Source: a virus | Direction: 5' to 3' (one strand) | Virus record (IMG/VR): IMGVR_UViG_3300006854_000016 | DNA: 40,837 bases | Shown here: positions 15,473-23,986 of the stretch, piece after piece | Position numbering within the stretch: the stretch's first letter is position 1 | Layout of the letters: each line of letters begins with the position of its first letter | Notes under the pieces: generated by a model | Seen by the model: the letters and a program-made list of their open reading frames with translations, nothing else | Told to the model about the DNA's origin: nothing | Database searches by the model: none | Position numbers and translations under genes: made by a program

Positions 15473-18049
15473 CTATTCGTCGCCCGCCTCGTCTCCGCCT
15501 TCCTCCGGGTGGAGGTCGACCTCGACGTCGCAGGCGCAGGCGGGGTGCGCCGGGTAGATCGCGTCGCCGCTCGGGAAGGCCTGCTCGAGGGGGATGAACC
15601 CGGCCGCGGCGTTCTCGTCGCACTCGTCGGGCTTGCCTTCCCCGTGGACGTTCGAGAGGAGCCAGCGTTTGCCGGCCACCGCCCCGGACTCCCGGTACGT
15701 CTGCATGTTCGCGTACCCGTTGACGAACGCGAGCTCCGTCTCCGCGATCGACCGGGCGCGGTACTCCGAGAAGAGGAAGTTGTCCGAGAGCTCGCCCTGG
15801 AGCTGCTCGGACGTCCAGCCGTCGTCGACAGCCTTCGCGATCATGGCCTGGATGCGGTCCCGGGTCGTGTCCGTGATCGCCATCCGGGGATTCGGGTTGT
15901 CGACTAGCTCGCCGTCGCGCCACTGCTTCCCGACCAGTTCGGCCGCCCGCTCGTGGGCGTACCGGGAGACGATCTCGTTCGTCTTGTTCACGAGCCCCGA
16001 GGAGTCCGCCAGCTCGAGGGAGGCGACCGCGGCCCGCGCCTGCGCCAGGCCGACGAGCCGGAGCTCCGCCTCGACGACCTCGATGAGCGCGTCCGTCCCC
16101 GGTCCGTCGCCGCCCTCCTCCTCCGCCTTCCGAAGACGGGATCCGATGGCCTTCTGCAGGTCGCCCGAAGGCATCGCGCGATCGGCCTCGGAGAGCGCGG
16201 CGAACTCCGAGAGCGCGGCCTTGATGACGCGCGGGCGAGACGCAGCGAGGTAGGACGCGAACCGGTCCTTGAGCCGGTCCTCCGCGTCGCCGTGCTTCGG
16301 GTTGTGCAGCTCTCGGAGGCGGATGCTGCGTTTCGTCCGCCGCCGTCCCTTTTTCTCCAGCTCGACGGCCTTCCCGTTCGCCCGGGCGGAGTGCTTCTCC
16401 GCGCGCTGGATCGCCCGCTCGGCCGGCGAGATCTCGTCGGGCTTCGGCTCGGCGCCCGGACCGTCGACGGGGGCCGGGGCGGGCGCCGGCATCATCGCGC
16501 CCGTCGCGACCATATCGAGCGGTACCGGCCCGCTTCCCGTCTCCACGGTGTAGACGTCGCCGCCCGGGATCGGTCCCTTGCCCTCCTCCTCGCGGATCTC
16601 GTCGCGCGACCGCAGCCCGTTCTTGACCCGGATCTCGTCGGCCTGCGCGTTGTCGAGGTTGTCGCGGCCCTCGCGATCGAGGTCGATGTACTCGATGTTC
16701 GGATGCCCGAGGTACATCTGGATCAGGCGGTTCATGACGCGCCGGCGGAAGTTGAGCCACGGGTCGAGCCCCGTGTCCTGCGCCTCCTTCCCCATCTCCT
16801 CGCTCGTGGCCTGGCCCTGCTTCGTGGTCGAGAGGAGCGCCTGCGGGCTGATGCCCATGAGCCACGCGATCACCCGCGCGAGCCACTCGTCGAACTGGTC
16901 CTTGAGGATGGCGTCCTTGAAGAAGTAGACCGACTCGCCTTCGCCGCCGGGGATGAACTGGACTTGATTCTTCGCCGCGAGGTTGCCGTTGAGCATCGTC
17001 TGCCAGTATTTGTCGATCTGCTCGAGCTGCTCCGGTCCCCACTCCTTCGGGACCTTGATGAGGGCCGGCGGGATGTTGCCGGACGTGTAGTGCTCCAGCT
17101 TGACGATGTCCCGGCGGATCGCCATGTTCACGATCATCATGAGCTGCTCGACCACGGAGTACCCGTAGAGCCGGTTCGACCGCGGGTTGCGGACGACGAG
17201 GAGCAGCTCCCGCGTGGTGAAGTTCGCCGCGATCGCGCCCTTGATCTTCTGCTGGTACGCGGTTGACGGCGGAGAGGGCGTGCGGCCGTCCTCGTTGAGC
17301 CGGCGCAGGATCGTCGCGCCGTCGATCACGTCCAGGGAGAACGGGCGGCCGGAGAGCGTCGGCCGCGTGTAGATCGCCGCCTGGTCGAGGACGATCGAGT
17401 CCTCCGCCCAGACCCGCGTCCACTCCTCGAAGTCGTACTCGGGGTCGCCGTTGTCGAGGCGCTGCGGGTACCGGAGCCAGGCTTCGAGCTCCTTCGCCTC
17501 CGGGTCCTGCTCGGCGCTCTTCTTCGAGCCGATCCGCTGGAGCGTCCAGCGGCGGGAGCTGATCTGGTCCTTCCGCGTCTCGATCGCGCCCCGGAGGATC
17601 GTGCAGCCGTCGGCGAGCGCCCGCAGCTCGTCGAAGGTGACGCCCTGGTCCTCGCCGGGCGTGAACCGGAGGTTGATGTTCGTCTGGTAGTCGCGGGTCC
17701 GCCCCTTCACGTTGTCGGTCGTCGTGAGGTTCGGCGGCTGGCCGGCTCCGAAGAAGCCGGCGCCCGGGCCCGGCTCGATCCGCGAGGGCGTGTCCGGAGC
17801 CGGGGCCGCGCCCGGCTGCCGGTTCTGCGGCACGCTCGCGCTGTTGAGTCCGGGGACGAGCGGGGCGAGCGTCGGGTTCTCGATGAGGCTGCGCGCCGCG
17901 AGCTCGATCGCCTTGCCCAGGATGCGGGGGTCCATCTGCATCGGGGCCGCGGGCCGGACGACCGGGCGGGTCACGGGCCGCGGGGCGTGGGCCTTCTCGA
18001 TCGTGCGGCTCGACGGCCGCCGCCGCTTACCTCCGCCGCGCGTACTCAA
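15473..18049 (-). CDS. Portal protein fused to a Mu gpF / SPP1 gp7-like minor head protein domain
   Basis: 858 aa directly after terL (23-nt overlap). The central region is portal-like. The C-terminal 'FSEYRARSIAETELAFVNGYANMQTY...WLLS...CDENA...YPAHPACACDV' fits the Phage_Mu_F pattern. Confidence 0.8.
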   Translation of the reverse strand: MSTRGGGKRRRPSSRTIEKAHAPRPVTRPVVRPAAPMQMDPRILGKAIELAARSLIENPTLAPLVPGLNSASVPQNRQPGAAPAPDTPSRIEPGPGAGFFGAGQPPNLTTTDNVKGRTRDYQTNINLRFTPGEDQGVTFDELRALADGCTILRGAIETRKDQISSRRWTLQRIGSKKSAEQDPEAKELEAWLRYPQRLDNGDPEYDFEEWTRVWAEDSIVLDQAAIYTRPTLSGRPFSLDVIDGATILRRLNEDGRTPSPPSTAYQQKIKGAIAANFTTRELLLVVRNPRSNRLYGYSVVEQLMMIVNMAIRRDIVKLEHYTSGNIPPALIKVPKEWGPEQLEQIDKYWQTMLNGNLAAKNQVQFIPGGEGESVYFFKDAILKDQFDEWLARVIAWLMGISPQALLSTTKQGQATSEEMGKEAQDTGLDPWLNFRRRVMNRLIQMYLGHPNIEYIDLDREGRDNLDNAQADEIRVKNGLRSRDEIREEEGKGPIPGGDVYTVETGSGPVPLDMVATGAMMPAPAPAPVDGPGAEPKPDEISPAERAIQRAEKHSARANGKAVELEKKGRRRTKRSIRLRELHNPKHGDAEDRLKDRFASYLAASRPRVIKAALSEFAALSEADRAMPSGDLQKAIGSRLRKAEEEGGDGPGTDALIEVVEAELRLVGLAQARAAVASLELADSSGLVNKTNEIVSRYAHERAAELVGKQWRDGELVDNPNPRMAITDTTRDRIQAMIAKAVDDGWTSEQLQGELSDNFLFSEYRARSIAETELAFVNGYANMQTYRESGAVAGKRWLLSNVHGEGKPDECDENAAAGFIPLEQAFPSGDAIYPAHPACACDVEVDLHPEEGGDEAGDE

Positions 18050-19403
18050 TGTCTGCCCTCCTCGTCGATTGCGGGTGCGGCGGATCGCCCGCGTGCGCCT
18101 CGTGCTCCGTGCGGTCTGCCAGCGCCGCCTCCGCCTTCTTCCTCATGTGCTCCAGGATGCCGTCGCCCTTCACGCCCGCGCCACCGTTGAGGAAGAAGTG
18201 CGCGCCGCTCGCGCCGTCGACCCGATCGTCGTGCGTCCCGACCGTGGGGAAGTTGACGAGCTCGTCGATGAACGCCTCATAGTCGTACTCGCCGCGGTAG
18301 ACGCGGACGCGGCCGGCCCCCGCGTCGATCGCCAGCCCCGAGGCCCGGTCGATCTTGTCGGCGCGCTTGGGGTCGGGCTTGAACCGGAATCCTGCATCAG
18401 CCGCAATCCTAGCATACCGGGGGTTCATGCCCTTCGAGTCGCTCCCGGGCTGCTGCTCCTTCACCGCGAGATAGAGCGCGCGCGGGTACCGCTTGAGGTC
18501 CTCGATGCCCTTGAGCTTGAACCGCTCGATGACGACGTCCGAGGTGTCCCGCAGGTACTCCACGTCGGCGAATACGAAGAGGCCGCTCTTCGTCCGCAGC
18601 TCGAGGACGCCCGCCGTCGCGTCCGGGTCGTTGTCCCCCGTGTCCTCCGTGCCGGCGGTGTCCCAGTAGCGGAGCGCCCCGGTGAGCTCGTCGACGGATG
18701 GCAGAGCGTCGACGTACTTGAACCAGTCGCGGCGGAAGACGCCGGCCCCGATGTCGAGGTCCCAGTTGCCCTTGAGGATCGCCTCCCGGATGCGCGGGGG
18801 GAGCTTCTGGAGGGTCTTGAGGTACGCCGGCCGGTCGAGGTACGGGTTGTCCTCCATCACGGCCTTGATGAAGATCTTGTCCGCCGTGGGCTCCGAGTTC
18901 ACGAAATAGCTCTTCACCCACTCGTGCCCCTGGCCGCCCGGGTTCGCGCCCGCCCGGATGCCGAGCGGGACCTCGGAGAGCGGCCCTTCCGACGGGCGTC
19001 GGAGGCGGGACTGGATGCGCTCGTACTCGTACCGCTGGAACTGCGTGAGCTCGTCGATGTAGATGCGCTGAAACTCCGCGGAGTCGTACCGCTCGTACGC
19101 CTTCCGGTTCTCCAGCCCGCCGAACGTGATCGACGCCCCGCCGGCCCCGGTCGATCCCTTCCCGGGGAAGCGGAAGGAGTTCGAGAGGCCGTGCCAGTGC
19201 GCCTTCGTCCCCGCGAACCATTTCGTCGCCCGGTCGAGGAGCGCCTTCGGCTGGCGCAACGCGGTCATGGTACGCCGCAGGATCAGGCCGGCAAACCCGT
19301 CGACCTCCACGAATCGCAGCATGTCCATGAGCCCGACGTCGGACTTCCCCCCGCCCCCGGCGCCGCCGTACAGCGCCTCCTCGCCCTCGAAGAGCAGGAA
19401 CAT
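18027..19403 (-). CDS. terL: Terminase large subunit (start uncertain, see findings)
   Basis: Walker A 'LYGGAGGGGKS', 'ILRRT', Walker B-like 'RIYIDELTQF'. Nuclease half 'RYWDTAGTED', 'GTHDDRVDGASGA'. Confidence 0.9.
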   Translation of the reverse strand: MFLLFEGEEALYGGAGGGGKSDVGLMDMLRFVEVDGFAGLILRRTMTALRQPKALLDRATKWFAGTKAHWHGLSNSFRFPGKGSTGAGGASITFGGLENRKAYERYDSAEFQRIYIDELTQFQRYEYERIQSRLRRPSEGPLSEVPLGIRAGANPGGQGHEWVKSYFVNSEPTADKIFIKAVMEDNPYLDRPAYLKTLQKLPPRIREAILKGNWDLDIGAGVFRRDWFKYVDALPSVDELTGALRYWDTAGTEDTGDNDPDATAGVLELRTKSGLFVFADVEYLRDTSDVVIERFKLKGIEDLKRYPRALYLAVKEQQPGSDSKGMNPRYARIAADAGFRFKPDPKRADKIDRASGLAIDAGAGRVRVYRGEYDYEAFIDELVNFPTVGTHDDRVDGASGAHFFLNGGAGVKGDGILEHMRKKAEAALADRTEHEAHAGDPPHPQSTRRADIEYARRR

Positions 19404-19536
19404 CCCCTGCTTGATCGTTGGCTTCCGCGGGCGCTCCTGTCCGTCGTAGAACGCGGGCGCGCTGTACTGGCCGATCAGGTCGAGCCGGAGCCGGTCCTCG
19501 ACGACGGCGACGGGATCGGCCGCGCGCGGCGGTCGG

Positions 19537-20043
19537 CTATTTCTTTTTCGCCGGGCGGGTGGAACGGTCGAGTCCTTCGAGCATCGCGCGGACCTCCTCT
19601 CGGCTCACGGTCGCCTTTCCCCGGCTTTTCGGCGTCGGCTCCTCCGGCTTGCCGGATGCGGCCCGGGCTTCCTTCCGCCAGGTGTCGCCGCCGCGGTTCG
19701 GCAGGAAGATGCGGACGGCGGTCCCCCAGTGGCGGTGCTTGTCGTTCATGCTCACGTTCGCGACCTTCCGCTCGACCTTTCCGACCAGGACGGAGACGGC
19801 CTCATCGATGGCCTCTGACAACTCCGCTCCCGGCTCCAGCTTGAGGTTGCGGTGCGCGCGGGAGGGGTGCGCCTTGAGCCATTTGAACAATGTGCTCGGC
19901 GCGATGTGCAGGACGGAGCGGGCGACGCTCTCGAGCGTCTCGCCCTCGGAGATCGCCTCCTTTACGCGGTCAATGTCCCGCGGGGTCGGGTACCACTCCC
20001 GGCGTCCGCCGCGCTTGCCCTTCGGGCGGGGTCTGCGAGCCAT
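19537..20043 (-). CDS. terS: Terminase small subunit (putative)
   Basis: 168 aa with a basic N-terminus and an HTH-like 'ETLESVARSVLHIAPSTLFKWLK'. Immediately upstream of terL. Confidence 0.55.
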   Translation of the reverse strand: MARRPRPKGKRGGRREWYPTPRDIDRVKEAISEGETLESVARSVLHIAPSTLFKWLKAHPSRAHRNLKLEPGAELSEAIDEAVSVLVGKVERKVANVSMNDKHRHWGTAVRIFLPNRGGDTWRKEARAASGKPEEPTPKSRGKATVSREEVRAMLEGLDRSTRPAKKK

Positions 20044-20050
20044 GCCCCTG

Positions 20051-20209
20051 TCATACCACGAGGGGCGGCTGCGGATACGTCGTCCCGCAGAAGATACACG
20101 TCCGCGGGGAGCCGGTCGGGTAGTCGCCGCGCCAGACCGGCCGGGCGCAGGCCGGGCAGGCGACCTCGAGGTTTGCGCCGCTCGCGTCCCGTCTCGGGTT
20201 GTCCGTCAC
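20051..20209 (-). CDS. Small zinc-ribbon protein (start uncertain; possibly a CTG at 20293 overlapping the upstream TGA)
   Basis: 'CPAC...CIFC' pairs. The only in-frame GTG is at 20209. The frame is open back to 20293 (CTGA junction). Confidence 0.35.
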   Translation of the reverse strand: MTDNPRRDASGANLEVACPACARPVWRGDYPTGSPRTCIFCGTTYPQPPLVV

Positions 20210-20289
20210 GTTCGTCGTCCCGTACGGGGCCTTCTTGTTCGGGACGTGGACCGTGGCGAACGGCCGGCGGGACGGGCGCCCAGGGCGGC

Positions 20290-20631
20290 TCAGAGGAGCG
20301 CCAGGAAGTCGGCGCAGGCTTGCAGGCGCACGCGGGCCTGCTCCTCGAACGCCCGGGGATAGTCGATCTCCTCGATCCGCTCGACCTGGCCGGCGGTCGA
20401 CCGCTTGAACGTGACGGCCGTGTACGGCTTGAGGTCGAGCTCGTTGAGGTCGAGGGTGACGCGCTCCTTGTGGCCGTGGCATTTCAGCGCATACCGGAGG
20501 ACCGCGGGCGGCCGGAGCGGCAGGATCTCCACTTGCACGAGGACGCCGCAGCGCGGGCAGGTGGGCCGGATGCGCTCTAGCGGGACGGCGGTCATCTCCC
20601 GGGCGCCGTCCGGCAACGGTCGATCGCTCAC
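20290..20631 (-). CDS. Hypothetical Zn-ribbon protein
   Basis: Re-called from track ORF 20290..20931 using the GTGA overlap at 20628-20631. 'CPRCG...CHGH'. Confidence 0.5.
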   Translation of the reverse strand: MSDRPLPDGAREMTAVPLERIRPTCPRCGVLVQVEILPLRPPAVLRYALKCHGHKERVTLDLNELDLKPYTAVTFKRSTAGQVERIEEIDYPRAFEEQARVRLQACADFLALL

Positions 20632-20879
20632 TCGCCCTCGAACGCCGGCCCGAGGTCCATCCGGCCCTCGAGGGCCCGGGCGAGCTCCTGGACGGGCCAG
20701 AGGTGGGCCGTTGCGTAGATGAACCGCGCGAAGTGGTGGTTCTGGATGGCGCGACCGTGGATGCCGTACATCGTACGCGGGCTCACGAATATCTGGTCCG
20801 GGACGACGCGATACCCGGAGTCGTACATCCGGGCGATCAGGGCGTCGAAATCCTCTATCGAGAGGGCGGCGCCGCTCAC
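20628..20879 (-). CDS. Hypothetical protein
   Basis: 83 aa; GTGA overlap at 20876-20879. Confidence 0.55.
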   Translation of the reverse strand: MSGAALSIEDFDALIARMYDSGYRVVPDQIFVSPRTMYGIHGRAIQNHHFARFIYATAHLWPVQELARALEGRMDLGPAFEGE

Positions 20880-21112
20880 GGCTTGCCGATGGAGTCGAGC
20901 AGGCGGCGGACCTCGTCGTCCTCGCGGTCATCCCGGGCCGCTGGTACCGTGACGTCGCAGCGGCAGTTCGGGTGATACGGAAAGGACGGATCCGGCGACT
21001 GGGCGCGGATCGACCGGCGGTACGCCTCGTCGAGCGCCCAGTCCCACGCCTTCGACGCCGCCCAGATCGTGAGGCCGAGCAGGGTGATCGCCGGGCCGAG
21101 CAGGTCTATCAC
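20876..21112 (-). CDS. Small membrane-anchored protein carrying an HPNCRC motif
   Basis: 78 aa; GTGA overlap at 21109-21112. N-terminal TM 'LLGPAITLLGLTIWAA'. 'PYHPNCRCDVTV' parallels the MuF-type C-terminus of the portal fusion ('YPAHPACACDVEV'). Confidence 0.5.
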   Translation of the reverse strand: MIDLLGPAITLLGLTIWAASKAWDWALDEAYRRSIRAQSPDPSFPYHPNCRCDVTVPAARDDREDDEVRRLLDSIGKP

Positions 21113-21450
21113 TGCGGGGTCCCGGTGGACTGGCGGTACCGACGGTGTCGGACGAACCGGTTGCCCAGCCCGAGGCCGTGCCAGGGCAGCTCCCAGAGCG
21201 CGTTGAAGAGGTGCATCGCGCGCCAGGCGATCCAGTGGCCGTACTCGTGGGCGTTGACGACGAGGTTGTCGTTCGCGGGGTGGAGCCAGATGATGTTGCG
21301 GCGGATGTCGAAGAGGCCACCCGAGCCGTCGGGCGCGTCGATGAACGGCGGCGGCTCCGGCTGGACGTACCGCGTCGGGAGCATCAGGCGCCAGACCTGC
21401 GGCCAGCAGCACTCCGCCCAGTACGCCCAGGTCCCGCAGGGCGGCATCAT
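21109..21450 (-). CDS. Small HExxH-motif protein (putative minimal zinc metallopeptidase)
   Basis: 113 aa; ATGA overlap at 21447-21450. 'NAHEYGHWIAW'. Confidence 0.45.
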   Translation of the reverse strand: MMPPCGTWAYWAECCWPQVWRLMLPTRYVQPEPPPFIDAPDGSGGLFDIRRNIIWLHPANDNLVVNAHEYGHWIAWRAMHLFNALWELPWHGLGLGNRFVRHRRYRQSTGTPQ

Positions 21451-21947
21451 GCCTGCGCCTCGTCCTCGAGCGGCGGGGTCGGGAGCGCGAGCATATCGTC
21501 CTCCTTCCCCGGCGAGAGCTTCTCCGCGAGATCCTCTGGCCGCTTCGTGGCCTTCGTGAGCTGCTGGAGGCGGGCGGTGTCGGGCCGGTGGACGAACCGG
21601 ATCGCGGCGGCGGCGATGATCTGGAGCTTGCCGTTCGCCTCCGTGGTCGCGGCCATGGCCGACGAGAGGTAGATGATCCCCGCGATCAGCTTCTCGTAGT
21701 CCTCGACGCGGGCTTCCTCCCCGGCGACGGTGCGGAGCATCGGGAGCTTGTCTTGGATGGCCTGCATGTCGGCGAGGATCGAGGCGATGCGGTCGTAGAG
21801 ACGCTGGTAAGGGAGCTTGACGGCCTCCTTTGCGTCGGCGGGCTGCTCCTGCGCGAGGACCTTGTCGAGCTCGCCGCGGTCGATCGCGTCCTGGATGTCC
21901 TTCTTCTGCTGGGCGGTCAGTTCGGGCGGTGGGCCGTCGTGGCTCAT
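21447..21947 (-). CDS. Hypothetical helical protein
   Basis: 166 aa; ATGA overlap at 21944-21947. Confidence 0.55.
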   Translation of the reverse strand: MSHDGPPPELTAQQKKDIQDAIDRGELDKVLAQEQPADAKEAVKLPYQRLYDRIASILADMQAIQDKLPMLRTVAGEEARVEDYEKLIAGIIYLSSAMAATTEANGKLQIIAAAAIRFVHRPDTARLQQLTKATKRPEDLAEKLSPGKEDDMLALPTPPLEDEAQA

Positions 21948-22225
21948 GGGCGCACGATCCCGGCGATCGCGTGCATCATCGCCTCCTCGAGGCGGGTGAG
22001 CGCGTTCGCCTGCTCGCGGCCGTTCGGGACGTGGTCGACGATCTCTTCGGCCAGGGCGAGGAAGTAGTCGCGCATCCGATGGGCCGCCTGACTCGTCGCC
22101 GCGTCGGGCTGGTGATAGGTGAAGTCCCGGCGGACCCGCTCGACGATCGTCCGGTGGTCGCAGGTGCAGGGGATCAGGTTGCCGTTCGTGGAGTTCGGCG
22201 CCTCGCAGCCGGGGCGGTGGCTCAC
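21944..22225 (-). CDS. Hypothetical protein
   Basis: 93 aa re-called from track ORF 21944..22996 using the GTGA overlap at 22222-22225. '...PNGREQANALTRLEEAMMHAIAGIV'. Confidence 0.5.
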   Translation of the reverse strand: MSHRPGCEAPNSTNGNLIPCTCDHRTIVERVRRDFTYHQPDAATSQAAHRMRDYFLALAEEIVDHVPNGREQANALTRLEEAMMHAIAGIVRP

Positions 22226-22725
22226 GGCTTCCCCTTCACGGCGGGCGCGCCCTTCCAGTCCGGCGGCGGCGCCTTCTTCTTCGCGGGGACTTCCGCCTTC
22301 TTCGGGGCCGGCGCGGACTCCGCGGGCTTCGTGGCGCTCGCCTGCGCGGCCTTGAGCTCGGCCAACGTCTCGGCCTTCACCTTCGCGGCCAGCTCGGCGT
22401 CGTGCTGCTGCTGCGCGGCCTGCTGCTGCTGGCCGGAGAGCCACGCCGAGAGCTGGTCGAACGTCGGGACGGTCGTGAGGGTCGCGGTGCTCCACTCCTC
22501 GCCGCAGGAGCAGACGTAGTCCAGGTGCACGGCGTCGATGTGAGCGTCCGGCCCGGCCTTCGTGCACTTGTAGTCTCCCCGGCCGCAGCCCGGGCAGATC
22601 ACCATGCCCTGATCGTTGTGGAAGGCGCCGAACGGCAGGACGGCGCGCCGGCCAACGGGGGCCGCAGCGCATCCCGCGAGGGCGAGCGAGAGGAGCAGGG
22701 CGCGGACGAGGGCGGATGGTTTCAT
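22222..22725 (-). CDS. Lipoprotein (moron-like)
   Basis: Signal plus lipobox 'MKPSALVRALLLSLALAG|C'. Own AAGGAG RBS after a 15-nt gap. Cys-rich core, Q-run, A/K/P-rich tail. Confidence 0.7.
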   Translation of the reverse strand: MKPSALVRALLLSLALAGCAAAPVGRRAVLPFGAFHNDQGMVICPGCGRGDYKCTKAGPDAHIDAVHLDYVCSCGEEWSTATLTTVPTFDQLSAWLSGQQQQAAQQQHDAELAAKVKAETLAELKAAQASATKPAESAPAPKKAEVPAKKKAPPPDWKGAPAVKGKP

Positions 22726-22740
22726 CGTGATCTCCTTCGA

Positions 22741-23028
22741 TCAGCCGGCCGCGCGGTGCGCCGGGATCTCCCCGATGACGCGGCCGTCCAGCTCGAGCTT
22801 GGGTGAGGGTGGCGTAACGGGGTTGCCCTGGTCCTTGGTGAGGATGGCGATGAGGTTGTCGTAGAGCGGGACGCTCACGGCCTCGAGGAGGTCGTGCGCG
22901 TCGCAGAACCCGAAGACGGCCTGCTGGCCGCGGATGGCGGGCGGCTCGACCGCGACCAGGTCGCAGGCGTGGGTCGCCGGGGCGGCGCAGATGCAACAGA
23001 CCATGCCGGGGGTCGTCGGCTTCCTCAT
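22741..23028 (-). CDS. Hypothetical Cys-rich protein
   Basis: 95 aa re-called (MRKPTTPGMVCCICA...) using the ATGA overlap at 23025-23028. Confidence 0.5.
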   Translation of the reverse strand: MRKPTTPGMVCCICAAPATHACDLVAVEPPAIRGQQAVFGFCDAHDLLEAVSVPLYDNLIAILTKDQGNPVTPPSPKLELDGRVIGEIPAHRAAG

Positions 23029-23543
23029 CGTGGCGATTGTACCGCGTCCGGCCACGGCCACTTCCAGCCCTTCGGGCGCTCGGCCGGGCAGAGGAAGGGG
23101 TCGAGCGGCTCGATCTTGACGGTCATCCCGATCGCGGGCGCGGGACCCTCGGGGTCGAAGGACCACGGGTACTTCGGGGGCAGGATGATCGAGAGCGCCC
23201 GGCGGTCGTTTTCGATGAGCTGCGCGTTCTGGAGCGCGTCCTGCGTGATCTTGATGAAGTTCGACGGGTCGCCGTGGGTCAGGTCCCGGAAGACGTGCTG
23301 GTACTCGATGACGACCCAGCCCGGGATCAGGGGAAGGCGGTACTCGATCCGGGCGCACTCCACGAGGTTATAAAACGCCTTCTTCTTCGGGTTGCCGAAG
23401 TACCGGCCCTGGCCGAACCGGCCGGCGTTGTTGTCCGTCGGCGGCCAGTGGTTGAACCGGAGCTGCAGCCCGCGCCGGTGGTGGGAGAGGTGGAGGACGT
23501 CCGCGTCGCACCGGGGACGCTCCGGCATCCCGAGGATCGTCAC
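23025..23543 (-). CDS. rusA: RusA-like Holliday junction resolvase
   Basis: 172 aa re-called using the GTGA overlap at 23540-23543. 'GDPSNFIKITQDALQNAQLIENDRRA' resembles the RusA 'D.DN..K...DaL....vi.DD' motif. Confidence 0.6.
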   Translation of the reverse strand: MTILGMPERPRCDADVLHLSHHRRGLQLRFNHWPPTDNNAGRFGQGRYFGNPKKKAFYNLVECARIEYRLPLIPGWVVIEYQHVFRDLTHGDPSNFIKITQDALQNAQLIENDRRALSIILPPKYPWSFDPEGPAPAIGMTVKIEPLDPFLCPAERPKGWKWPWPDAVQSPR

Positions 23544-23986
23544 GGCACCAGCTCCCAGAGAAGGCGCGGGACGGCCTCCGTGTGATCCTGCCTCTTTCGT
23601 TTCACGTTGTCGGATGCCCACGACCTCGGACGATCGCGCCGGGCAACGATCGACCAGCCAGCCCCACGAAGCGAGACGCCCGATTCGTCCTGACGGGTGT
23701 ATGTGATGAGGCGCCGGTACCCGAGCGCGAAGGCGGCGCGAGCGCAGGCCCCGTAGAGCATCGAGTTCGCGTTGCGCGTCCCGTCCGTGCATGTCCTCGT
23801 GACCTCCAGCGTGAATCCGTTGGCGAAGAGGCGGGCGACCGGGTTGCCCACGATCGCCACCGCGACCAGTCGGCCCTCATGCTGCACGCCCACGGTGAAG
23901 CGATACCGCCGTGGCGCCCGGTGGTGCCGGTGGTGGGCATTGATGAATTCGCAGGCGCGGTCGAAGCCGACCGGTACGATCGTCAC
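23540..23986 (-). CDS. Small GNAT-fold-like acyltransferase (HHRHH motif)
   Basis: 148 aa; GTGA overlap at 23983-23986. 'ACEFINAHHRHHRAP', 'LVAVAIVGNPVAR', 'LEVTRTCTDGTRNANSMLYGA', 'LITYTRQDESGVSLRGAGW'. From memory this pattern recurs in phage acetyltransferase/Mom-like families; unverified. Confidence 0.45.
   Translation of the reverse strand: MTIVPVGFDRACEFINAHHRHHRAPRRYRFTVGVQHEGRLVAVAIVGNPVARLFANGFTLEVTRTCTDGTRNANSMLYGACARAAFALGYRRLITYTRQDESGVSLRGAGWSIVARRDRPRSWASDNVKRKRQDHTEAVPRLLWELVP

Noticed and set aside
156-19844. Long plus-strand ORFs in the track (e.g. 156..1421, 1430..3520, 4811..6898, 6273..8252, 8249..10153, 13465..15597, 17712..19844, 26807..29053)
   Set aside because: Their translations are R/G/P/E/D/A-rich and low in complexity, with no recognisable motifs. 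They lie antisense to minus-strand genes with clear motifs (terL, portal, protease, fibre). This is typical of shadow ORFs in ~68% GC DNA.
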